Made by a program: the position numbers and the translations under genes. Shown here one piece after another: positions 28,101-37,186 of a stretch of 64,000 bases of DNA (the first letter of the stretch is position 1; each line of letters starts with the position of its first letter). Under the pieces are notes generated by a model. The model had not been told where the DNA came from and ran no database searches. It saw only the letters and a list, made by a program, of their open reading frames with translations. Source of the DNA: Candidatus Woesearchaeota archaeon CG10_big_fil_rev_8_21_14_0_10_45_16 (GTDB taxonomy: Archaea; Nanobdellota; Nanobdellia; Woesearchaeales; GW2011-AR9); assembly GCA_002762785.1 (NCBI GenBank), contig PCXY01000005.1, forward strand, positions 392,849 through 456,848, given 5' to 3'.

Positions 28101-29000
28101 TTACATCTTTTCTAATTTTGCAATCCTTTCTTCTATCGGCGGGTGAGTGCTGAATAGATTCCGCATGAATGATTTCTTTTCTTTTCTAAAAGGCGTAGAG
28201 ATGAACAGATGTGCTGTAGCCCGGTTAGCGTGATCCACCAACGGATCTGGATCGTCTTTGATCTTCTTTAAAGCGTCAGCCAGTCCTTTTGGATACCTTG
28301 TGAGCAAAGCTCCAGAAGAATCTGCCAGAAATTCTCTTTTTCGGGATATAGCTAGCTTGATGCATTCACCGATCAATGGCGAGAGGATGGCCAGAGCCAA
28401 CCCGACGATGATGAAGACGACCGTCAGCTGGTTGCTGTCCCGGTCTCTCCCCCGTCCACCCCAGAGAAAACTGCGAAGCAGGAAATCTGACAATAATACG
28501 GTGAGTCCGACCATAACTGAAGCGAGCATCATAACCCTGATATCATAATTTTTGATATGCGATAGTTCGTGTGCTAAAACACCCTCCAGTTCCAGACGGT
28601 TCATCTTCTCTAATAAGCCGGTAGTGACGGTGACGGAAGAATGTTCCGGACTCCTGCCGGTAGCGAAAGCGTTCAGGGCGCTGTCGTCGATGACATATAC
28701 TTTTGGTGGTTTGGGAAGTCCAGCAGCGATAGCCAGTCCTTCTACGGTGTTGATGAGATGGGTGTATTGCGGTTTCGTCGCTTCCTTAGCTCTGGTCATG
28801 GTCAGGATGGCGCCGCTTCCTCCGTAATAGCTGAACAGGAAATAGATTATGCCGATAAAGACAGCCAGACCGATACCGAAATAGCTGCTGCCGTAAAAGA
28901 AGCCGATCAGGAAGCCGAGAAAGATAACTAAGACAAAAAAGAAAAAGATCAATACTGCCGAACGCCTCTTGTTGGCAGCGATTTCCTCATAGATTCCCAT
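28101..29000 (-). CDS. htpX: Zinc metalloprotease HtpX (M48)
   Basis: HELSHIKNYD zinc motif, N-terminal TM helices, EFLADSSGA. Confidence 0.85.
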   Translation of the reverse strand: MGIYEEIAANKRRSAVLIFFFFVLVIFLGFLIGFFYGSSYFGIGLAVFIGIIYFLFSYYGGSGAILTMTRAKEATKPQYTHLINTVEGLAIAAGLPKPPKVYVIDDSALNAFATGRSPEHSSVTVTTGLLEKMNRLELEGVLAHELSHIKNYDIRVMMLASVMVGLTVLLSDFLLRSFLWGGRGRDRDSNQLTVVFIIVGLALAILSPLIGECIKLAISRKREFLADSSGALLTRYPKGLADALKKIKDDPDPLVDHANRATAHLFISTPFRKEKKSFMRNLFSTHPPIEERIAKLEKM

Positions 29001-29005
29001 GGCTC

Positions 29006-29554
29006 TCAGAACTTGACCTTGACAGCTTTCCGTTCAGCCTCTTCCGTCTTGAAGAAATCTTTCTGGACGAAATGGAACAGCTTGGCGAAAAAGTTCTTTG
29101 GGAAGACTTGGATCGCTTCGTTGTACTGCATCACGGAATCGTTGTAAAATTGTCTCGCATAGGCAATCTTACTTTCAGTGCCGGACAACTCTTCTTGGAG
29201 CATCTTGAAGTTTTCGCTGGCTTTCAACTGCGGATAATTTTCAGCGACGGCAAAGATTGATTTCAACGCTTCGGTGATCTGGTTGGAGGCTTTAGCCCTT
29301 TTTTCCAGGGAGCCGCTCATCAAAGAAGTTCTGGCTTTAGTGACTTCTTCCAGGACACCCTTTTCGTGTTTCATGTACCCTTTGACCGTGTCCACGAGAT
29401 TTGGGATAAGATCATATCTTCTCTTGAGCTGGACGTCGATCTGCGCCCAGGCGTTGTTGACACGAACCCGTAACCTGATCAGGCTGTTGTAGACGTAGAT
29501 GACGAAGATCACCACGACAGCAGCGATAATTCCGATAACTAGTGTTGATACCAT
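29006..29554 (-). CDS. lemA: LemA family protein
   Basis: N-terminal TM plus conserved LemA core ([21 protein letters not shown]). Confidence 0.8.
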   Translation of the reverse strand: MVSTLVIGIIAAVVVIFVIYVYNSLIRLRVRVNNAWAQIDVQLKRRYDLIPNLVDTVKGYMKHEKGVLEEVTKARTSLMSGSLEKRAKASNQITEALKSIFAVAENYPQLKASENFKMLQEELSGTESKIAYARQFYNDSVMQYNEAIQVFPKNFFAKLFHFVQKDFFKTEEAERKAVKVKF

Positions 29555-29686
29555 ATGTGCCTCCTTGTTTTGTTCATAAATTGATTCTGCTGTTTAAAAA
29601 ACTTATGTATTTGAGGATATAGGTTAGGTCAACAGCAAACTATATAAACCATCTTTCTTTACTTCTCCTAAAAAGAGGTTGCGATC

Positions 29687-30565
29687 ATGGTTTTGGAACA
29701 CATATTCCCTGAAGACTGGCTGGAGAGCAAAGGCCGCTATGCGTTTCTCTTGGGTGTGTTGTATTCCATCATCGGTATCGTCATCGCTTGGAGATTGTTT
29801 CCCGGCGATCCAGCTCTCGTCGCTGTCGCGTTCACTTCTTTATTGCTCCTGCCTGAATTGTATAAGATTTTCGCCGTTGAGGAGCGTCTCGAAAAAGCAG
29901 AGCAGAAAGTTTCCATGAAAAGCCTCTGGAAAGATGACATCAGCGTCGTCAAGGTCTATGTCTTCTTGTTTCTGGGCATCCTTTTGACGTATTCCGTCGG
30001 CACCATCTTGTTGCCTGATTTCCAGACCAACACTCTGTTCCGTGAGCAGCTGGAGATCCGCTTTGGCCAAGGCTTTTCTGGCAATGCGATCTTAGGAGTT
30101 TTCGACGGCAACTTGTTCATCGATCTTCTCAGCAACAATTTCTTAGTCATGTTGGCTTGTTTTATCTTAGCCTTGCTGACAGGTGATGGAGCGATCTTCC
30201 TGATCACCTGGAACGCGTCTGTCTGGGGCACGATCTTTGGTCTTACTGCTAAGAGCGCGGCTATCTTTTCCGGCGGCAATCCGTTCCTGGTCTTCCTGAT
30301 GGTGATGCTTATCGTCTTTCCGCATATGATCACGGAAGCTTTGGCATATTTCCTGGCGGCTATATCCGGATCGGTCATCTCTAAAGATGTCTTGCTAGAA
30401 AAATTTGCGTCTGACAGGTTCTTCGAAGTGTTCGGCTTCAACCTTTACCTGCTGCTTTTCGCTTTAGTCTTTCTCCTTTTGGGAGCTGCTATCGAAGCCT
30501 GGGTTCTCGGCAATGTGCAGACATATCAAGAGATCATCAGGATGAGTATGCAGGCTATCCGTTAG
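29687..30565 (+). CDS. SpoIIM/DUF95-like membrane protein
   Basis: Six TM helices with ITWNASVWG / FPHMITEALAYF signatures. Confidence 0.45.
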   Translation: MVLEHIFPEDWLESKGRYAFLLGVLYSIIGIVIAWRLFPGDPALVAVAFTSLLLLPELYKIFAVEERLEKAEQKVSMKSLWKDDISVVKVYVFLFLGILLTYSVGTILLPDFQTNTLFREQLEIRFGQGFSGNAILGVFDGNLFIDLLSNNFLVMLACFILALLTGDGAIFLITWNASVWGTIFGLTAKSAAIFSGGNPFLVFLMVMLIVFPHMITEALAYFLAAISGSVISKDVLLEKFASDRFFEVFGFNLYLLLFALVFLLLGAAIEAWVLGNVQTYQEIIRMSMQAIR

Positions 30566-31392
30566 TTTTTCTGATTGTGCGGCTTGCAGGTCTTATAGAA
30601 ATCACATTCTCCCGTCGACCATCTGCATAAAGGGGTGATGGTGCGGGGGTAGTCGAAGATGTTTTCAGTGATCGAGGTGTGAGCATGCACCAGTTCTATC
30701 TCTCGCTGTGCTAATTTTAACAGTTCTTCATCAACACTGATCATCTTCAGCTTCTGGCGAAGGAAAAAGATCCCTACTTTTGAAGGAAGTACGCCATGTT
30801 TCTCAAAATAAAGCAAGGAGTAGATAGCTAATTGCAGCCTGATGCTGTCTTTAAAATCAAATTTGGCATTAGTCTTATAATCCACGATGTGAACTTCGTC
30901 TTCCAAGTGATGGATCGCATCGATGAATCCCTGGACTGAATAATTATCTGACTGGTAACGCATCTCCCGTATTGGTGTCAGGGCTTTGAACGCTTCCTGT
31001 AATGATTTTCCTTTCTCCATCTCGTTCTGCACATCATTAAGGAAGTGGCCGGTCCAGTTCATCAGCATCAGCATCGTCTCCTCAAAATAGAACCGTTCCT
31101 GATCTTTGTTGAGTTTCAATACTTGAAGCCGCGGCTTGTATTTCATCCACTGCATCAAGAGCATCTTCTGCATCTCTTTCTTGAAATGCATCTCAAAACC
31201 ATCTTCATTTACCGTTGATATGTCCAGATCGTAGAAATCTTCCAGACAGGAATGGGCGATGTTGCCTCTTACTTGATGGATATTCGGTAACGTCGGCAGT
31301 TTCTCGACGTATTGATAGTAATACTTACGTTTGCACTGCTTGAAGGTATTCAATGATGATGGGGATTCGACACGTTTAGCCATAGAAACCAA
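30562..31392 (-). CDS. Cas4-like / RecB-family PD-(D/E)XK exonuclease with 4-Cys cluster
   Basis: N-terminal SPSSLNTFKQCKRKYYYQYV, catalytic IVDYKTN, and C-terminal CRWSTGECDFYKTC. Confidence 0.65.
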   Translation of the reverse strand: MVSMAKRVESPSSLNTFKQCKRKYYYQYVEKLPTLPNIHQVRGNIAHSCLEDFYDLDISTVNEDGFEMHFKKEMQKMLLMQWMKYKPRLQVLKLNKDQERFYFEETMLMLMNWTGHFLNDVQNEMEKGKSLQEAFKALTPIREMRYQSDNYSVQGFIDAIHHLEDEVHIVDYKTNAKFDFKDSIRLQLAIYSLLYFEKHGVLPSKVGIFFLRQKLKMISVDEELLKLAQREIELVHAHTSITENIFDYPRTITPLCRWSTGECDFYKTCKPHNQKN

Positions 31393-31456
31393 CTCTTTTT
31401 TTAGGATGGGACAACCATTGCTTTATATGTTTTTCTTGTCTGGATGATCTCCTACT

Positions 31457-32527
31457 TTGATAAATTATATATATCTACATCGTAATAAGGACCAAATGAA
31501 AGAAAGTGATTCCAAGAAACCCCTTACTTACTCTTTTATTCTGTGTGGTCTCCTGATTCTGACCGTAATTTTTCTTCAGAATAAAATAGTGATGTTGGAA
31601 TCAGAGTATAATTCTTTGGAATCAGATAACGTTAAAATTACCAATAATTATCAAAATTACCAGAAAAAGACGGAAGAGACCATTAGTACCGCTATTACTC
31701 CTCCCTACATTTACATAAATAATCAGAATGTCTATATCGCTTTTCGCCAATCTAATGGTAATGTAATCAAATGGTTTGTACCATTCACGGCTTTAAACTA
31801 TGACTTGCAACGAGGTTTTTTTAAAAGAGAGTTTATCGATGAGGAACTTTTGCCCCTACATTCTCGCTACTCTTCAACATTGTTAAATACTCTTAATGTC
31901 TGTTTTAATAGTCAGATTACTATGTGTAACAATTATCAAATTTTAATGAGTCTTTGTGGGGGTGGTGATGCTGGGTGTAGCTCTTTAAGAGAGAGTTTTC
32001 AAAAGGAACAAGATGAAATCGCTGTTTTCTTCACTCAGAATTTAGCTGAAATCAAAAAAGAAGGGAAGGAGTATATCTCTTTGGAGAATAATGGTAATGC
32101 AATAACCGTGATGGATTTTCGTCCTTTTGTAGATAAAGTCGCTTTTACCAACATAATCCCTCAGTTATATGCCGAAATTGGAAATGATCAACAATTCATA
32201 CACGAGCTTTGGTATATCCTGTCTCAATTAACAACATATTCTTTAGAAATAAAAGAGACGCCTAAATTTCCATTAGAGACTCTTTTATCAGGTGGTGGAG
32301 ATTGTGAGGATACATCTATTCTGTTAGCTAGTATGCTTAAAGCAGCTAATAAAAATTGGAAAATAAGTCTAGTTTACATGGATAGTAATAATCCTATCAA
32401 TCCTAAAAATATAAATCATGTTCTGGTTCAAGTAGAAACTGCCTCCGAAAGTTTCTTCATAGAGACTACTAGTAAGACGCAAGAGAATCCTTACGATAAG
32501 ATAGTCGGATGGTACTTGGAAGTTTGA
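31457..32527 (+). CDS. Membrane-anchored transglutaminase-like cysteine protease domain protein
   Basis: N-terminal TM anchor, GGGDCEDTSILLASMLKA (catalytic Cys), and NHVLVQV (His). Confidence 0.45.
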   Translation: MINYIYLHRNKDQMKESDSKKPLTYSFILCGLLILTVIFLQNKIVMLESEYNSLESDNVKITNNYQNYQKKTEETISTAITPPYIYINNQNVYIAFRQSNGNVIKWFVPFTALNYDLQRGFFKREFIDEELLPLHSRYSSTLLNTLNVCFNSQITMCNNYQILMSLCGGGDAGCSSLRESFQKEQDEIAVFFTQNLAEIKKEGKEYISLENNGNAITVMDFRPFVDKVAFTNIIPQLYAEIGNDQQFIHELWYILSQLTTYSLEIKETPKFPLETLLSGGGDCEDTSILLASMLKAANKNWKISLVYMDSNNPINPKNINHVLVQVETASESFFIETTSKTQENPYDKIVGWYLEV

Positions 32528-32565
32528 AGATAGTTTTATAAAAGGGCTCGAGTTTAAAGCATCAG

Positions 32566-32892
32566 ATGGCCAAGCCCCAAAAATATTCAGACGAACCGCA
32601 AGTGATCAGAGTGCGTATCCCACAAGGGACAGAACTTTTAGGTGTCGTCCAGCAGCGGTTGGGGGGAAGTCGAATGCGAGTTCTTTGTCTTGATGGAAAA
32701 GAGCGTATCTGCCGTATCCCTGGCAGGCTGAGAAGAGCTCTTTGGGTGCGTGAAAATGATATCGTCATCGTCCAGCCGTGGGAATTAGGCGGCGATGAGA
32801 AAGGTGACGTCATGTATAAGTACCGCAACAAAGCTGAGATCGAATTCTTACGCAAGAAAGGGTACCTCAAAAACATCGAAGAAGAGTTTTAA
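32566..32892 (+). CDS. eif1a: Translation initiation factor aIF-1A
   Basis: S1-like OB fold, RLGGSRMRVLCLDGKERICRIPGRLR. Confidence 0.9.
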   Translation: MAKPQKYSDEPQVIRVRIPQGTELLGVVQQRLGGSRMRVLCLDGKERICRIPGRLRRALWVRENDIVIVQPWELGGDEKGDVMYKYRNKAEIEFLRKKGYLKNIEEEF

Positions 32893-32942
32893 TATATTTG
32901 AGCATAGAAATTCTTATATAGCTGGTTTCTCTCGAATGATCC

Positions 32943-33500
32943 ATGACTTCCACGACGAGATTATTTTTTCACACCATCCTGATGGGTGTTCTTTTAGTCG
33001 CATTGGTGACTATGTTTGCTGCGAGAGGCGGTCTCTTTTTTCAAGGAGAGCTCTTTGTTTTTCTGCTGCTGGCCCTGCTGACAGTTATCGGTATGGTCGG
33101 TTTCAGCCAACCTTGGGGACGTAGCGTCTTCTTCCTAGCATTTTTACTTTATGTCGCTAACCTGGTAGTGGTCTGGCTGTTTGAAGGCCGTATCTTTATC
33201 ACTCTTTCAGTATTGGCATTGATAGGTTTCTTCAGCTCTCTGCCGCAGCCACGACAGGGACGGTCTTCAAAGACGAAGGAGATTCCAGCTGCTGTTGAGG
33301 AAGAGCCGCACAGTATGGTCTATGAGAATCCTAAGAAAGAGTTCTCTCCAGGGAAACTAGTGGCGAGTAAGAGCAGCAACCGCTACCATGCACCAGCCTG
33401 TGATTGGGCTAAACGTATCAAAGAAGAACGGCGGGTCTGGTTCAATGATAAAGAATCGGCCTGGAAACAGGGGTATAGGGCCCACAGTTGCCTTTCTTGA
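32943..33500 (+). CDS. Membrane protein with C-terminal Ada-like Zn-binding domain
   Basis: Four TM helices, then YHAPACDWAKRIKEERRVWFNDKESAWKQGYRAHSC. Confidence 0.45.
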   Translation: MTSTTRLFFHTILMGVLLVALVTMFAARGGLFFQGELFVFLLLALLTVIGMVGFSQPWGRSVFFLAFLLYVANLVVVWLFEGRIFITLSVLALIGFFSSLPQPRQGRSSKTKEIPAAVEEEPHSMVYENPKKEFSPGKLVASKSSNRYHAPACDWAKRIKEERRVWFNDKESAWKQGYRAHSCLS

Positions 33501-33553
33501 ATCTTATTCTTTCTTAGCAAAGTATATAACCCTGCTTCGATATAAATAAGGCT

Positions 33554-33712
33554 ATGGCTCAAACAGATGTATTGGTAAAGATCCATGAGGATCTGGAATC
33601 GCTCAAACGCGACATGGCCGAGATCAAAGACGTAATCAGGCTAGAACCCGAGTTTCGTGAAGAGGTTATCAAACAAGTTCAAGAAGCTCGTGAACGTATG
33701 GCTAAAGGTTAG
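33554..33712 (+). CDS. Putative antitoxin (52 aa, unlisted small ORF) upstream of RelE/ParE toxin
   Basis: ATG 12 nt after a TATAAATAAG box; helical/coiled-coil 52-aa product ending 41 nt before the toxin start. Confidence 0.45.
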   Translation: MAQTDVLVKIHEDLESLKRDMAEIKDVIRLEPEFREEVIKQVQEARERMAKG

Positions 33713-33753
33713 TTTGTCCCCAATGACGATATTCTTAAAGAGTTTGATGTAGA

Positions 33754-34035
33754 ATGAGTTACGAGATCCTTTGGGATGACAAAGTCAGAGATTTTCTACG
33801 AAAGATTCACAAAGATGAGTCTCGAAGGATTATAAAAAAAGTTAATAGCATCGTTGATGATCCAAGGCATTATCTTGAAACCTTGGTCGATATTAGGTCT
33901 TATAAGCTGCGGATTGGTGATTTCCTTGCTTTAATCGATATAGATGATCTCAAAAAGAGTATTTCTGTTGTGCTCATTGGACATAGAAAAGAGATCTATA
34001 AGTATATTCAAAGAAGCGGTTTCAACAAGAAGTGA
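33754..34035 (+). CDS. Type II toxin RelE/ParE family
   Basis: RelE/ParE-like fold signature (ILWDDKVRDFLRKI ... SYKLRIGDFLALIDIDD ... VVLIGHRKEIY). Confidence 0.7.
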   Translation: MSYEILWDDKVRDFLRKIHKDESRRIIKKVNSIVDDPRHYLETLVDIRSYKLRIGDFLALIDIDDLKKSISVVLIGHRKEIYKYIQRSGFNKK

Positions 34036-34049
34036 ATTTTATTTGAATC

Positions 34050-34478
34050 TTATTTTTTCCAATAATACCAGATCAATCCCAGAGCGGAGATGGTTATGGC
34101 CGCATCAGCAATGTTGAATGCCGGCCAGAATGAGAAGTCGATGAAATCGACTACAAACCGTCTTCCCAGACGGTCGACAAGATTGCCGATGATACCGCCT
34201 AATAATAAAGCAAATAATACCTGTGGAAGTTTTTCTTTTGATATCTTCGGATAGTGATAGATGATAACTGCGGCTGCTATCAAAGAGATGATTCCTAGCC
34301 AGACCACCTGATCCTGTAAGATGCCGAAGCCGGCACCGGTATTGGTGATAAGATGGATCGTAAGGAGTTTTAGGTCCCATTGCGGTTTCCATGACAAGAT
34401 CAAGATCTTGGTCAGCTGGTCGATGAGGATGACAAGGGAGGAAATGATAGAAAACAGAAGCAGATTTTTCTTTACCAT
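34050..34478 (-). CDS. lspA: Lipoprotein signal peptidase II (LspA)
   Basis: NTGAGFG, GNLVDRL..FVVDFIDF, and FNIADAAITIS align closely with bacterial LspA. Confidence 0.8.
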   Translation of the reverse strand: MVKKNLLLFSIISSLVILIDQLTKILILSWKPQWDLKLLTIHLITNTGAGFGILQDQVVWLGIISLIAAAVIIYHYPKISKEKLPQVLFALLLGGIIGNLVDRLGRRFVVDFIDFSFWPAFNIADAAITISALGLIWYYWKK

Positions 34479-34972
34479 AATCGTTCCTTCTTCTCAGAGT
34501 GAGAGGTTCTCTCCATCTGGGCCAGGCGCTGGTCGAGAGATGCCAGCATCGCTTTCAACGTATCTAATTTGCTGTTGATAAGTTCCAGATCGGGGCTTTT
34601 ACCGTACGATTGCTGCTGCTGGAACGACTGCGGTGATGGCGGCTGTGAGAAACTGGATGTCTGGCCGAATAATGGCTGCTGCTGTGGAAGCGGGAACTGG
34701 GTCGATAAAGCTGGATCGTCCTGGCCGAGATGAGGCATCTCCAGCCCGGAATTCCTTCCTAGTTCTCTGGAAGCTGCTTTGTCGAAGTCAAATTCGTCCT
34801 CTTTTTTGCCAAAACCTAGCTTGCTGAAAAATCCCATGATAAGAGAAGGAAACTTTTCGGCTTTAAATCTTTTTGCTTTGAGAAGATTTATAAATGACGT
34901 TCTATTCTCAATTTCATGGCAAAAAAGACAGCTAAAGATGATTCTTCTTCTCAGGAGCGTATCGGTTTCCAT
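34472..34972 (-). CDS. Hypothetical protein with Q/P-rich low-complexity region and C-terminal coiled coil (true start probably internal Met MGFFSK)
   Basis: ORF with low-complexity QQQ/PP segment; the N-terminal extension overlaps a divergent small ORF. Confidence 0.35.
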   Translation of the reverse strand: METDTLLRRRIIFSCLFCHEIENRTSFINLLKAKRFKAEKFPSLIMGFFSKLGFGKKEDEFDFDKAASRELGRNSGLEMPHLGQDDPALSTQFPLPQQQPLFGQTSSFSQPPSPQSFQQQQSYGKSPDLELINSKLDTLKAMLASLDQRLAQMERTSHSEKKERLW

Positions 34973-35164
34973 AAAGGTTCCCTGGCAACTCTTAGCAAGG
35001 AACGGGAAGAGATGATGCGGATCCTACAGATCGTAGAGCAGCTGATGCAGATGCACATCAAAGAGCTGAAAGACCTTGGGGTCGACTTGGTAGCTGAAGC
35101 GAAGAGATCAGGTTCTGCGGCCAAACCTCTGAAAGGCAAGAAGCCGATCGAGGATATTCTATAG
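34916..35164 (+). CDS. Small coiled-coil hypothetical protein
   Basis: 82-aa ORF; charged helical sequence. Confidence 0.25.
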   Translation: MAKKTAKDDSSSQERIGFHKGSLATLSKEREEMMRILQIVEQLMQMHIKELKDLGVDLVAEAKRSGSAAKPLKGKKPIEDIL

Positions 35165-35241
35165 AGTTTTTCGGATTATTGATGCAATCAGAACCAGTAT
35201 CATAGATTTGTCAGTAGAAAAAGTAAAATAAAAATAAAAGA

Positions 35242-36159
35242 TTAACGTACTAGCAATGCGATCATGAAGATCACGACAGCTAGCAGGATAACGATACCAG
35301 CGCCGATCCATGCCATCAACCTGATGTCTTCCCATGAAGTGCTCTGCTCAACTTGTGGAGCAGGAGCCGGCATCTGGAAAGAGCTGAAGTCGAAGGTAGC
35401 TGGGTCTGGCAATGTTGCTTTAGGCTGTGCTGGAGCGGTTACGGTCCTGGCAACACTATTGCCGCTGACAACATTACTGGTGTTGTTTCCCAACAGGCGG
35501 TCGATGTCTTCTTTTAGATCACGGATATCGGTCTGAAGATCATCAACATCATCTTTAAGTTCAGTTCTTAGGTTGCTGCGTTCAAGATCGTTGACGTCAT
35601 CTTCGAGATTATCAACCTTTTTCTCAAGAGATTTAAGGTCTTTTTGAAGATCTTTCAGATCATCTTCAGCGTTCTCGATGTCGCGTTCGTCATCGTCTCT
35701 GCGGGCGTCCCGAAGGTCGTCTTCAGCAGTATTGAAGTCGTCTTCGATGTTGCTGAACTCTTCTTTAAGATTGTCAAATTCTTTCTCTTCTTCAGTCCTG
35801 GTGTCTTCTTCTGGCTGAGGATTCTCATCAGCAGGCTGTTCCTGGTCATCAGGATTTTCATCACCTGTTTGAGGAGCTGGATCGTTGACAACCGGAGTCA
35901 CATCGACAGGATCAACGACGTCGGTTGAAGGTTGGTCATCAGGATTCTCTTCTACCGGTTTTGGTTGACCTAAAGAAGTAAAGATATCTTTTAGGTTTGA
36001 TGGCAAGTCTATTGTACGAAGTTCTGTAGAGTTTGCTTCATTGTTTGTTCCGCCGAAACTGGTTCCGCTCGGTAGCTGTAGGACAGCCAAAGCGGATGGA
36101 CCAACAAGGCTTAATAGCAAAATCCCTAAGATAAGTACGCTGGTGGTTTTATTGATCAT
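35242..36159 (-). CDS. Acidic coiled-coil surface protein with signal peptide and C-terminal TM anchor
   Basis: Signal peptide, Pro/Asp-rich stalk, DDL/EDD heptad repeats, C-terminal hydrophobic anchor. Confidence 0.5.
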   Translation of the reverse strand: MINKTTSVLILGILLLSLVGPSALAVLQLPSGTSFGGTNNEANSTELRTIDLPSNLKDIFTSLGQPKPVEENPDDQPSTDVVDPVDVTPVVNDPAPQTGDENPDDQEQPADENPQPEEDTRTEEEKEFDNLKEEFSNIEDDFNTAEDDLRDARRDDDERDIENAEDDLKDLQKDLKSLEKKVDNLEDDVNDLERSNLRTELKDDVDDLQTDIRDLKEDIDRLLGNNTSNVVSGNSVARTVTAPAQPKATLPDPATFDFSSFQMPAPAPQVEQSTSWEDIRLMAWIGAGIVILLAVVIFMIALLVR

Positions 36160-36297
36160 TTTGGGTATACCTTCAAATGTTTTTACTTGTTAGTAAATAC
36201 TTTTATTTATAAATGTTTCGCATTGGGCTTACTTCCCAGTAGTAAAAATATCTAGAAAAACGATAAGTTTATATATACCGTATATGCCTCGGAGGGT

Positions 36298-36732
36298 ATG
36301 GGAAGACCAAAACCAATTCATTATCAATTTGTTGTTGCTGAAATCGAAACACCACCGTTTTCTCTGAGACGAAATGCCGTGGTTCCCTCTGAAAAGATAG
36401 GCATAATCTATAATACTGGTTCTGCGATTCCTCTCTGGGCTCCGATGAGAGAAGAGTATCATGTAGAAGAAGCTAGAGCGCATTGGGTACCTGGCAATAC
36501 AAGCCCTTTTGAGTATGAAGGTAGAGAAGCGCAGTCTTTTGCTGAAATTGATGCTACTCATGTTGCTCAAGTATACGCTCGAACGATAAGTGCTAGCGCA
36601 ACTAATTTTTATGGAAGACCGGTGGAATTGACTCCAAAGAGAATACTAAATGTTCATGGGACTTTCTGCGGTGAAGTAGCTAGGAATCTGCAAGACATTT
36701 TAAGAGAAACTCAACAAGGACCTAGACGATAA
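36298..36732 (+). CDS. Hypothetical protein
   Basis: 144-aa ORF with non-repetitive composition. Confidence 0.35.
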   Translation: MGRPKPIHYQFVVAEIETPPFSLRRNAVVPSEKIGIIYNTGSAIPLWAPMREEYHVEEARAHWVPGNTSPFEYEGREAQSFAEIDATHVAQVYARTISASATNFYGRPVELTPKRILNVHGTFCGEVARNLQDILRETQQGPRR

Positions 36733-37186
36733 CTTCTCCCCGATGTATCTTAGGCAGAAAATTTAATATTTTCTTATCTTTATATTGTGCACAGCCTAGA
36801 ACATTATCTTTGAACATTAAAATTACCAATCGATTTTCTTCACCCAAATCTTTAGGAAGATCAACGCCGGCAAAATAAGCTTTTACTTCTTTCTCTTCTA
36901 AAATCACAGTGTTTTTAACATCCTCGTTCTCCTGCACAAGTAAAGCTGCTCCTTCTTTGCTTAACCGAACGTGATCTGGTTTGACTTCTGCAAAATACAG
37001 CCCCAGACGGTCAAGACGCAGCTTATCAAGATCGATCCTTGAGACATCTTTATTGACGATGAAAACTTTATTCTTGTCGCTTTGCAGGAAAGCATATTCT
37101 TTCTGTAGGAAGCAGCCGAACTCTTTGATGACAATATCCCTGATCTTCTTGACGTCTCTTGTATTGAGGATATTTAGTTTCTGCAT
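36722..37186 (-). CDS. NIP7-like ribosome biogenesis protein (PUA domain)
   Basis: Size and C-terminal PUA-like segment (ILNFLPKIHRGEVIV); immediately downstream of aIF5B. Confidence 0.45.
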   Translation of the reverse strand: MQKLNILNTRDVKKIRDIVIKEFGCFLQKEYAFLQSDKNKVFIVNKDVSRIDLDKLRLDRLGLYFAEVKPDHVRLSKEGAALLVQENEDVKNTVILEEKEVKAYFAGVDLPKDLGEENRLVILMFKDNVLGCAQYKDKKILNFLPKIHRGEVIV

